NCBI GenBank assembly: GCA_963813715.1
Contig: CAWFAK010000005.1
Span: 672,001 to 736,000, forward strand
Length of the DNA: 64,000 nucleotides
Source of the DNA: an uncultured Planctomycetaceae bacterium
Lineage (GTDB): Bacteria > Planctomycetota > Planctomycetia > Planctomycetales > Planctomycetaceae
Direction: 5' to 3'
Part shown: in pieces, positions 9,839 through 19,437 of the stretch
Numbering within the stretch: the first letter of the stretch is position 1
Layout: each line of letters opens with the position of its first letter
Position numbers and translations under genes: made by a program
Notes under the pieces: generated by a model
Told to the model about the DNA's origin: nothing
Database searches by the model: none
Seen by the model: only the letters and a program-made list of their open reading frames with translations

Positions 9839-9912
9839 CGAGGCCGACGGGATTCGAACCCGCAACCCCCGGATCGACAGTCCGGTGCGCTAACCAATTG
9901 CGCCACGGCCCC
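9839..9912 (-). tRNA. tRNA-Asp (GTC), CCA not encoded
   Basis: GGGGCCG/CGGCCTC acceptor stem, TGGCGCAATTGGTTAGCGC D arm, CT-GTC-GA anticodon loop, GGTTCGAATCC T loop. Confidence 0.97.
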
Positions 9913-10021
9913 AAAAACAGCCGCATCACCCGGTTTTGGTGATGCGTCCCGTGATTCTAGCCGGTTGAGAATGTCGGTCAAGCGTCGAGATTTTCGGTCT
10001 GACCGGCCTCCCTTGGCCCGC

Positions 10022-10837
10022 TCAGACGCTTTCGGCGACCGCCCGCATCGCCTCGAGACCCTGCCGGGCGACGGTCCGCGGGTCCTGGGCCCACAGGTCT
10101 TCGCGAAACAGCTCCAGCGAAAGCCAGCGGTTGTAGCCGACCTGCTTGAGCAGTTGCAGCATGCGCCGCAGGTCCAGGTGGCCGCGGCCGGGCATCACCC
10201 GGTCCTTGTCATGCTGTTCGCCGCGCGGCGGACTCGTCGGCGTGTCGTTGAAGTGGCAGATGGCGATCCGCTCGGCCGGCAACTTCGTGAGCGACTCGAA
10301 CGATCCGCCGCCGCGGAAGATGTGGAACGGGTCGTGGACGATGGTGGCGTCGGGATGCTCGGATTTGGCGATGATTTCGGCCGCGTCCTCGATCGTGTTG
10401 ATGTCCTCGACAAAGCCGAGATATTCCATCGCCGGCTTCACGCCGATCTTGCGGCCGATCTCCAGCAGTTCGTGATAGTTGCGGGCTCCCTGGTCGTGAT
10501 CGGCTCGGCCGCCGGGCGGCCCTGCAATGACGTGAATCGCGCCGAGCTCGGCGGCCTGGTTCATCCGCCGCTTGCATTCCTCCAGCTCGCGGACGTGCTC
10601 GGGCCCAGTCGTCTCGAACCAGCCCTTGAGGTAAATGGTTGTGGGCACGGTCAATCCGTGATCGGCCAGCGCCCAACGCAGCTCGGCCAGCGTGCCCCCT
10701 TTCTGCAGATGAGCGTCGATATCGTCGTGCCAAAGCTCGATCGCCTTGTAGCCGGTTTCGCCGGCGATGCGGATTTTGTCCAGGATCGGCGTCGGCCGGA
10801 TCGTGCTCGAATTCAGGCAATAAATGAAGTCGGCCAT
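10022..10837 (-). CDS. Sugar phosphate isomerase/epimerase (xylose isomerase-like TIM barrel)
   Basis: YCLNSSTIR, MEYLGF, DPFH, HFND, DRVMPGRG, LSLELF. Confidence 0.9.
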   Translation of the reverse strand: MADFIYCLNSSTIRPTPILDKIRIAGETGYKAIELWHDDIDAHLQKGGTLAELRWALADHGLTVPTTIYLKGWFETTGPEHVRELEECKRRMNQAAELGAIHVIAGPPGGRADHDQGARNYHELLEIGRKIGVKPAMEYLGFVEDINTIEDAAEIIAKSEHPDATIVHDPFHIFRGGGSFESLTKLPAERIAICHFNDTPTSPPRGEQHDKDRVMPGRGHLDLRRMLQLLKQVGYNRWLSLELFREDLWAQDPRTVARQGLEAMRAVAESV

Positions 10838-11100
10838 CGGTGCGTTCCTCGCAGAAATGATGTCGTTCCATACCCTACTCCAGCGGGCGGGTCGAGGGAA
10901 CGGCCGGGACCGGCCAGGCGATTCGAGATCCGAGGCTGGAATCTGCTGTCGCGGCCGTCATCGTGCTAGAATTCCCAGGGACCGTTAGAGGGCTGGTCGG
11001 CGGCATTTCTGGGTGGTTCACAACCGCCGGCCGCTGGACCGCTGGGCTGGGTTGTGGGTCATCCGCCGATTCCGTCGCGGATGCTGTGAGGAGATGTTGA

Positions 11101-12831
11101 ATGTCCGTTGCTGAAACCGAACTGCGTCGCAAGCAGATCGAACAAGCCGAAGAGCTGCTTTTTTCGGGGCCGCAGAAGGCGGGCTTTGCGAAGGACCTGT
11201 TCTTCGGCCGCTTCCGGTCGGAATCGATCTTTCCGTATCCGTCGCTCCCGCCCGAGCTCGAGAGCGCGACGCGGGAGGCAGTGAACGAGGTCCGCGCCTA
11301 CTGCCGCGATCACATCGACGCCCCGCGCATCGACCGGGAGTCGCGCATTCCCGACGAAGTCGTGCGCGGGCTCGGGCAGATCGGCGTGCTGGGGATGTGC
11401 GTGTCGCCGCAATATGGTGGCCGCGGATTCTCCCAGCAGCAGTATTGCCGCATCATGGAAGTGATCGGCGCACATTGCGGCGGGACGACGGTGTTCGTCA
11501 ACGCCCATCACTCAATCGGGGTGCGGGCGATCGAGCTGTTTGGAACGAAAGAGCAGAAGGAGCGTTGGCTGCCGCCCGCGTGCTCGGGCGAAACGCTGGC
11601 CGCCTTTGCGCTCACCGAGGCCGAGGCCGGTTCCGACGCGGCTAACGTCCGCACGACGGCGACTCCCACGCCCGACGGCCGTGGTTACACACTCAACGGC
11701 GGCAAGCGCTACATCACCAACGGCGCGATCGCCGGCATGCTGACGGTGATGGCTCGCACGCCCGATCCGAAAGACTCGGACGGGAAAGTGACGGCCTTTA
11801 TCGTGACGCCGGATATGGCCGGATTTGAAGTGCTCGAAGAGCGGATGGACAAGGTCGGCATCCGCGGCACCGCCACCGGACGTCTCGCATTCAACAACAT
11901 GTTCGTGCCCAAGGAAAACATCCTCGGGCAGCTCGGCAAGGGGTTGCGGCTGGCACTCACCGTGCTCGACTTCGGCCGCACGACATTCGGAGCCAGCTGC
12001 ACCGGTTCGGCCAAATTCTGCGTGCAGGAGGCGGTCCGCTACGCCAACGAACGCAAGCAATTCGGCCAGACCCTGGCGCAGTTCGAGCTGGTGCGCGAAA
12101 AGATCGCCCTGGCGGCCGCCGAGTGCTACGCGATGGAGAGCGCCACTTATCACACGGCCGCGCTCATCGACACGGGGGCCGAGGACTACATGCTCGAAAC
12201 GTCGATGATCAAGCTCTTCGCCAGCGATTCGCTCTGGCGGATCGTCAACGACACGCTGCAAATCCACGGCGGGGCCGGGTTCTTCACCGATCGGCCCTGG
12301 GAGCGGATGATGCGCAATGCGCGGCTCAACCTCATCGGCGAGGGAGCCAACGACGTGCTGCGGTGCTTCAACTGCATGGTCGGTCTGCGCAACGTCGGCA
12401 AAGACCTGCAGGATATCCTCAAAAAGCCCTGGCGGGCCGTGACCCTGTGGAAAACGGCGCCGGCGATTCCCGTGCGACACAGCATTCTGCAGTCGCCAGC
12501 CGGCACGCTCTCCAAGCAGATCGCCCGCTTCGCCCGTGCGTGCACGAGCGCGCTCATCAAGTATCGCGAAAGCATCATCGACCACGAGTTTGTCCAGGCC
12601 CGGATCGGCGACCTGGCGACGGAGCTGTTCCACATGAGCTGCGTCTACGCTCGGCTCACGGGGCTGCTCTCGAACGACAAGATCGACGACGCCACCCGGC
12701 AGCGCGAACTGCAAACGGGGCTGTGTTATCTGCGGATCGCCGGTCGCCGCAACGCCCAACGGTTCGCGGCCCTCAAGTCGAACGACGATGACGAGCTGAA
12801 CCGCACGGCCGGAGCGTGGCTGGGCAAGTGA
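11101..12831 (+). CDS. Acyl-CoA dehydrogenase (long, ACAD9/VLCAD-like)
   Basis: AFALTEAEAGSDA, LNGGKRYITNG, KVGIRGTAT, QIHGGAGF, IGEGANDV. Confidence 0.93.
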   Translation: MSVAETELRRKQIEQAEELLFSGPQKAGFAKDLFFGRFRSESIFPYPSLPPELESATREAVNEVRAYCRDHIDAPRIDRESRIPDEVVRGLGQIGVLGMCVSPQYGGRGFSQQQYCRIMEVIGAHCGGTTVFVNAHHSIGVRAIELFGTKEQKERWLPPACSGETLAAFALTEAEAGSDAANVRTTATPTPDGRGYTLNGGKRYITNGAIAGMLTVMARTPDPKDSDGKVTAFIVTPDMAGFEVLEERMDKVGIRGTATGRLAFNNMFVPKENILGQLGKGLRLALTVLDFGRTTFGASCTGSAKFCVQEAVRYANERKQFGQTLAQFELVREKIALAAAECYAMESATYHTAALIDTGAEDYMLETSMIKLFASDSLWRIVNDTLQIHGGAGFFTDRPWERMMRNARLNLIGEGANDVLRCFNCMVGLRNVGKDLQDILKKPWRAVTLWKTAPAIPVRHSILQSPAGTLSKQIARFARACTSALIKYRESIIDHEFVQARIGDLATELFHMSCVYARLTGLLSNDKIDDATRQRELQTGLCYLRIAGRRNAQRFAALKSNDDDELNRTAGAWLGK

Positions 12832-12872
12832 CGCCGGGTGACGGCCGGTTTTCAAGCGCGCGGAATCTCGCC

Positions 12873-14153
12873 ATGACCACGCACGACACGGCGTTCCAAT
12901 TTGCGGCCGCCAATATTCGCTTTGGCTCCGGAATTACGGGCGAGGTTGGGGACGATTTAAACGATCTCGGCGCGCGGCGGACGATGGTGGTGATCGATCC
13001 GGCGGTCCGCGATTCGTCCACGGGTGAGACCGTGCTGGCGTCGCTCAAGGCCGCACGAGTCGATTTTGAGGTCTACGATCAGGTCGTCGTCGAGCCGACC
13101 GATGCCAGCTTTCAAGCGGCCACGGCCGCTGCCCGCGCGGGTAAGTTCGACTCGTTCGTGGCCGTGGGCGGCGGCAGCACGATCGACACGGCCAAGGCCG
13201 CCAACCTGTATTCGACCCACGCGGCGGCGTTTTTCGACTTCGTCAATGCGCCGATCGGCCGCGGGCTGCCGATCCCGAGCCCGCTCAAACCGCTCATCGC
13301 CATCCCCACGACGGCCGGCACCGGCAGCGAAACAACGGGCGTGGCGATTTTTGATTATGTCGAAAAGCATGCGAAGACGGGAATCGCCCATCGCTACTTG
13401 AAGCCGACCTTGGGCATCGTCGACTCGGATAACACGCGGCAACAGCCGGCCGCGGTTGCCGCGTCGGCGGGTCTCGACGTGCTGAGCCATGCGCTCGAGT
13501 CCTACACGGCCATTCCTTACACTTCGCGGCCGCGGCCGGCCCGCCCGCTCGAGCGGCCTGCTTATCAGGGCTGCAATCCGGTGAGTGACTTGTGGTCCCT
13601 GAGGGCTCTGGAGCTCGTCGACGAATTCTTGCAGCGCGCGGTCGACGACCCGTCAGATACCGAGGCCCGCAGCCACATGCTGTTGGCGTCGGCGATCGCG
13701 GGACTTGGTTTCGGCAACGCGGGTGTGCACTTGCCGCATGGGATGTCCTACCCGGTAGCGGGCATGGTGCGCTCGTTCCGCCCGGTCGGCTATCGGGTTG
13801 ACCATTCGCTGGTGCCGCACGGGATGTCGGTCATTCTGCACACGCCGGCCGTGGTGCGATTCACGGCCTCGGCCTGTCCCGAGCGTCATTTGCGAGCCGC
13901 GAAGGCCCTGGGGGCGGACGTCGACGACGTGCCGCTCGAGGATGCGGGCGTGGTGCTCGCCGATCGCGTGATTCAGTTCATGCAGGCGACCGAGATGCCC
14001 AATGGGCTCAAAGCGGTGGGTTACACCGAGGCGGACATTCCGGCCCTCGTCGAGGGGACGCTGCCGCAACACCGCGTCACCAAGCTCTCGCCGCGGCCTG
14101 CCGGGCCCGAAGAATTGACGCAGCTCTTCCGCCAATCGCTCACGATCTGGTGA
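12873..14153 (+). CDS. Hydroxyacid-oxoacid transhydrogenase (ADHFE1-like Fe-ADH)
   Basis: GGGSTID, PTTAGTGSETTGVAIFD, RPAYQGCNP, GNAGVHLPHGMSYP, TLPQHRVTKLSP. Confidence 0.9.
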   Translation: MTTHDTAFQFAAANIRFGSGITGEVGDDLNDLGARRTMVVIDPAVRDSSTGETVLASLKAARVDFEVYDQVVVEPTDASFQAATAAARAGKFDSFVAVGGGSTIDTAKAANLYSTHAAAFFDFVNAPIGRGLPIPSPLKPLIAIPTTAGTGSETTGVAIFDYVEKHAKTGIAHRYLKPTLGIVDSDNTRQQPAAVAASAGLDVLSHALESYTAIPYTSRPRPARPLERPAYQGCNPVSDLWSLRALELVDEFLQRAVDDPSDTEARSHMLLASAIAGLGFGNAGVHLPHGMSYPVAGMVRSFRPVGYRVDHSLVPHGMSVILHTPAVVRFTASACPERHLRAAKALGADVDDVPLEDAGVVLADRVIQFMQATEMPNGLKAVGYTEADIPALVEGTLPQHRVTKLSPRPAGPEELTQLFRQSLTIW

Positions 14154-14381
14154 GCGTCGCGAGCCGTTTTGCTCGTTTCCGACGGATCCCCGGAAGTTTC
14201 GTCGATCTTCTCGCGCAATCAATCGGCAGATTCTGCCGATCGGGTCGGCGGACGCTAAAGCCGTCTTGCCCGTTTCGCGGCGCGAATTAGAATCCGGCTC
14301 GTCCCTTCTCTCCCACTCGAGCGTTCCCTTCCTTTACGTGCTTTCTGCCGCGCGACCAACGCGGTGGAAAGGAGTTTCGCG

Positions 14382-14702
14382 ATGAATCTGCCGCACCGAC
14401 TGGCACGCTCTCGTTTCCTCCTGGCTGGATGTACGGCCGCCCTGATCGTCACGCTCAGCGGTTGTGCCGACATGCTGCCGGATTCGGACACCTGGGAAAA
14501 GTGGTCGCCCTCCAACATCTGGTATCGCATGCAGCCCACTCAACTGGGCCGCTTGAATGAGGGAAACGGCATCGCCTCCGATGTCTACTATTCCGTGTCC
14601 GATGACCGCGACCACGATCGGGCGACGGCGCTGAATCCAGGGACCGATCATGCGACGACGGTCGTCCAGCCGATCGAGAACGCGGCTCCGACAACGCCCT
14701 GA
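14382..14702 (+). CDS. Putative small lipoprotein
   Basis: AAGGAG RBS; signal peptide ending in lipobox LSGC. Confidence 0.7.
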   Translation: MNLPHRLARSRFLLAGCTAALIVTLSGCADMLPDSDTWEKWSPSNIWYRMQPTQLGRLNEGNGIASDVYYSVSDDRDHDRATALNPGTDHATTVVQPIENAAPTTP

Positions 14703-14714
14703 GTTACTGGCCGC

Positions 14715-15647
<933 letters not shown>

Positions 15648-15651
<4 letters not shown>

Positions 15652-16970
15652 GACGAGCGTCCCTCATCATCGCGCAGCGGACGGCCGGGCGATGGTGGAT
15701 CTGGCGGCGAAGTCCCGGGTGGTGGACCGGCAGGAAACAGTCCGGGGTGGGCCGGCACCGCGCCCGCAGCGGGATAGCCCGGTGGCGGTCCGCCCCAACC
15801 ACTAGCGGGCGGGCGCCCATCCGACGGTGCAGGCGGCCGGAAATCGTCCGCGGTGCCAGGAGGGACGCCCCGCCAGCCTTCGCCGCCGCGTTGACCGGGC
15901 ACGTTGCCGGGCGCTCCGAACGTCGTGGCCAGCCGTCGAGCCAGCTCGCGATGCAGCATCTCGGGGGTTGCCCGCTGGTGCTCGGGAACGAGCACGCCGC
16001 ACGACAGGAAGTATTGAAACGCCTGGTCGAGCGTCATGTTCAAATCGATGATTGCGCTCTTGGGAACGGTGACCACCCAGCCCGTCATGGGCATGGGGGC
16101 GGCCGGGATCATGATGCTGACCATCGGCTCGCCGGCGGCCAGCGTCATCTCCATCAAGCTTTCACCCATCGCGAAGCCGATGGTCCAGATGCCGCGACGG
16201 GGAAACTCGACCGCCACCACCCGATTGTACGCGACGGCCCGCTCGGAAAAGAAAAAGTCGGTCACCTGCTTCACCGACGAATAGATGCTGCTGATGATCG
16301 GCAACCGCGCGAGCACCAGCAGCTCGAAACGGCTCAGGAGCCACTGTCCCATGCGGGCCGTGACGAATCGTCCAAGAAAATAGAGACCGATAATGGTCAG
16401 CGCCGTCGCCAGCGCGCTGAGCGAGCCCAGGCTCTTGAAATACCGAAAGGTCACCAGCTCCATGTAGAGGCCGGTGGCGGTGGCGGGCCAATCGACGGGC
16501 CGCATCCGCGACGCCACTTGCACAAAGTCGGCATACGGGACGGCCCGTTCGCCGAACGGAACATACGCTTCGGCGGCGAGCCTGGTCTGCAAGTCGGCCG
16601 TGTTGCGCCGCCGCCCGTTGACCTCTAGCTCGTTCAAGTACTGCTGGGCCAACGCGGGGGGCAAGCGGTAATCGCTGCCGCAGAATTCGAGCGGCGGCAA
16701 GCCGGGGGCCGATTCAAACTCGGAGGTCGGCCGCGACTTATCGATGATTTCGGCAATGACGAAGCGAACGCTCGTCGTCACCGGGCTGACGACGTACCCG
16801 TAGATCATCTGGCCGATCCAAACCAGGATCACGAGAGTCAGGATCGGGGGGAGGACGATCGCCAGCCCTTTGAGGAAGAACTGGGTCGGCGTTGCTTTTT
16901 TGGGTGGGGGGGCCGGCTTTTCGACAGGTTCCCCTGAGCCGAGCGGATCCGCGGGTGCAGGGGTTTCCAT
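15648..16970 (-). CDS. DUF502 family membrane protein with insertion and Pro-rich tail
   Basis: FFLKGLAIVLPPILT, IYSSVKQV, VEFPRRGIWTIGF, PMPMTGW, SCGV. Confidence 0.85.
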
Positions 16971-16974
16971 GTGA

Positions 16975-17862
16975 TCAGCGACTTGTGCCAGCGCGTCCGG
17001 CGAGCGGCTTGAGCCCGACGCAGCGGGCAATCACTGCCACTCGGACGGATGCGGCCCCCGCATCGAGCAAGGCTCGCGCGGCCTCATCCGCCGTCGCACC
17101 GGTGGTCAGCACGTCGTCAACCAAAAGGATGCGGCGTCCAGCGACTTGGGAGGCAAATCGCCCGGGAACGCGAAAGGCGGTTCGCAGATTCACGCGTCGC
17201 CGAGTTGATGGAAGACTCGACTGCTTCAGCGTCCGGCGAGACTTCGCGAGTATAGAAGTCGCCATCCGCACCCGCAAGCGGCGCGAAAGCACGCTCGCCA
17301 GCGTTTCCGGCGTTTTGGGCGGGCCCAAAAATGCTTCGCTCCAGTGGTGGGGAACCGGAACGATCGCCTCTGCCTGGGCGGCCAAGAGGTCCAGTCCCTC
17401 TTCGACAAACAGCGTTTCGGCGAGCGCCGCGGCAAGCTCCTCGCACCCCGGCCGCTTGGCGGCCAGGCACATCTCGCGGAGCCGCCCCTCGTAGACGCCC
17501 AGGCGAATCACCGACTCGAAATGAAAGCGGTCGCGCCGGCACAGCGAACAGTCGGGGCGGTTGCCGAGAAACGGCCCGACCGGTGCGGCGCAACGCCGAC
17601 AGCGCTCGCCCACGGGACCAATTGCCGCCTCGCGACACTCGCGACAGAGACGGGGCAACAAGTCGTACAGCCCCCGTAAGGGAAGCTCGCGGCGGCAGCC
17701 GGCGCAGCGGGACGGAGCAGCGACGGCAAAGGCCGCGGCCAGCAGCCCGTCGATCAGCCGCCGACCGCGGCCGAAGAAGTTCGCGCACGACGGATTGGCA
17801 CGCGGGTCGTGATTTTCCCCGGGAGGAACCGGCTCAGACGGGGCGCTGCGGACAATTCGCAT
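16975..17862 (-). CDS. comF: ComF family protein (zinc ribbons plus phosphoribosyltransferase)
   Basis: Four CxxC pairs, IVPVP, LLVDDVLTTGAT; start uncertain. Confidence 0.88.
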   Translation of the reverse strand: MRIVRSAPSEPVPPGENHDPRANPSCANFFGRGRRLIDGLLAAAFAVAAPSRCAGCRRELPLRGLYDLLPRLCRECREAAIGPVGERCRRCAAPVGPFLGNRPDCSLCRRDRFHFESVIRLGVYEGRLREMCLAAKRPGCEELAAALAETLFVEEGLDLLAAQAEAIVPVPHHWSEAFLGPPKTPETLASVLSRRLRVRMATSILAKSRRTLKQSSLPSTRRRVNLRTAFRVPGRFASQVAGRRILLVDDVLTTGATADEAARALLDAGAASVRVAVIARCVGLKPLAGRAGTSR

Positions 17863-18067
17863 GCGATTGGACTCGCCCGATTATGTCGTTTATGCGGAAG
17901 TTTCCTGTTATACGGGGGGGCAAAACGCCGATCTAGGATCACGGTGTCCGGAAAGCCGGCCGGTTCGGCCGTTTTCGGCATGACCAAACATTTCACGGCG
18001 GTTCGCGTCGCGCAATGCCAGGACGTCGAACTTTCGACAGGTCGAAACTGGAAAAGGAGACGAATCC

Positions 18068-18370
18068 ATGCGGATTCGCGTGGCGCTTGGTTCGCTGATC
18101 GTCGGTCTGATGCTGGTCATCGTCGCGGGTGTGTCGCCCAAGCAGGCGACCGCCGCCAACGAAGGACAGCCGAGCGACTGGCAGCGGTTCTACTACTACC
18201 CCTACGTCTACTATCCGTCGAACTTCCAGAAGCCGATTCAGTACGACCATATGTACTACCGCTATCCGCCGGCCCGCCAGATTCCCGTGTACAACACGGC
18301 CTGGCATAACTTTTATCCCGAGCCGCATCCGTGGCACGCCGGGCACGCGTTCATCCTGGACGTGTTCTAA
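18068..18370 (+). CDS. Small secreted Tyr/His-rich protein
   Basis: AAGGAG RBS, signal peptide, WQRFYYYPYVYYP...HAGHAFILDVF; coding-like codon use. Confidence 0.85.
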   Translation: MRIRVALGSLIVGLMLVIVAGVSPKQATAANEGQPSDWQRFYYYPYVYYPSNFQKPIQYDHMYYRYPPARQIPVYNTAWHNFYPEPHPWHAGHAFILDVF

Positions 18371-18408
18371 GGCGAAGCCCGGCGCGGGAAATCTCAAACA
18401 TCGATCAC

Positions 18409-18442
18409 AGGCCCACGGACGACCGTCCGTGGGCTTACTTTT
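18409..18442. terminator. REP-like palindrome or terminator between convergent genes
   Basis: AGGCCCACGGACG-ac-CGTCCGTGGGCTT followed by ACTTTTT. Confidence 0.7.
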
Positions 18443-18460
18443 TGAGGCGACGTCCGCCGG

Positions 18461-19051
18461 TCAGCCTTCGATGATCAACTTTTGAATCTGCTTGAACTCG
18501 GGCGTTCCGGCCTTTTCGCACCACTCGAACAGAACCGACTCAACAGTGGTCAGGGTCGCGCCCGAGGCGGCCATCCGCTCCAAGGCGACTTTCGCATCGA
18601 GTTCGCCGCGACTGCCGACCGCATCGACCGGGACGTAAACGCGAAAGCCCCCGGCGATCAGGTCCAGCACGGTCTGCATCACGCAGACGTGCGTCTCCAT
18701 GCCGGCGACCACCACCTGCTCGCGCTCGTCGGTCACGTCGGCCGCCTGCCCCCAACCGAGCACCGCGGCACAGCTGAAAATCACCTTCTCGACGCGGGGG
18801 CCCATCCGCGTGGCCAACTCGGCCGTGGTTGGTCCCAAACCTTGCGGATACTGCTCAGTGCCATAAACGGGGACGGAGACGATCTTCGCCCCGTCGATCA
18901 GCCGCCGGCAGTTGTGCACCAGTCGCGGGCCGTTGGCAATCGGCGGCAGCAGCTTGTCCTGCACGTCCACGATCAGAAGTCGGCTGTTGGTCGCCGACAG
19001 CAAATCGGGATTGCGGACGTAATCGGCTGAGTTCTCGCGGGGTGCGGTCAT
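18461..19051 (-). CDS. Isochorismatase family hydrolase (YcaC-like)
   Basis: LLIVDVQDKL, TEQYPQGLGPT, GMETHVCVMQT, ESVLFEW. Confidence 0.92.
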   Translation of the reverse strand: MTAPRENSADYVRNPDLLSATNSRLLIVDVQDKLLPPIANGPRLVHNCRRLIDGAKIVSVPVYGTEQYPQGLGPTTAELATRMGPRVEKVIFSCAAVLGWGQAADVTDEREQVVVAGMETHVCVMQTVLDLIAGGFRVYVPVDAVGSRGELDAKVALERMAASGATLTTVESVLFEWCEKAGTPEFKQIQKLIIEG

Positions 19052-19437
19052 CGTGACGGTCCGCGGATCCAGATCGCTGCGTTCGTGACAAATCTCACCA
19101 ACCCAAAACTCACCGAACGATTATTGCGGCGAGTTCGCCCGGTTGCCAGCCGCACGGCTCCAGCGGTGCGTCGGAACTCCGTTGCGCAGTGGCGGATTGG
19201 GCAGTCATCGACTATCTTATTCGGGCGCGGTCATTTCGCGTTGGTTGACAGTTTTCGCAATGGAGTTGCGAGCGAAGTCGAATCGTTCTGAGGAGCTTCG
19301 CCGCCGCGGATTCCCGCGAATCCTTTCGCGTCCTAAACCGTTGGAAGCGTCCGGAGCGACGCCGGTTTTCTGCCGCGTGTGACCGAAAATTGTTGCAGCC
19401 GGCCGTCATGGCCAGCGGCAGCAAGAATGAGCTTGTG

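Larger units (their letters stand above)
8954..9845. mobile_element. Decayed integrative element at the tRNA-Asp 3' end
   Basis: Direct repeat GAGCGAGGCC at 8954-8963 and 9836-9845 (tRNA 3' end), each next to a related terminator; integrase relic and tandem TGTCCCCAAAT inside. Confidence 0.65.
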
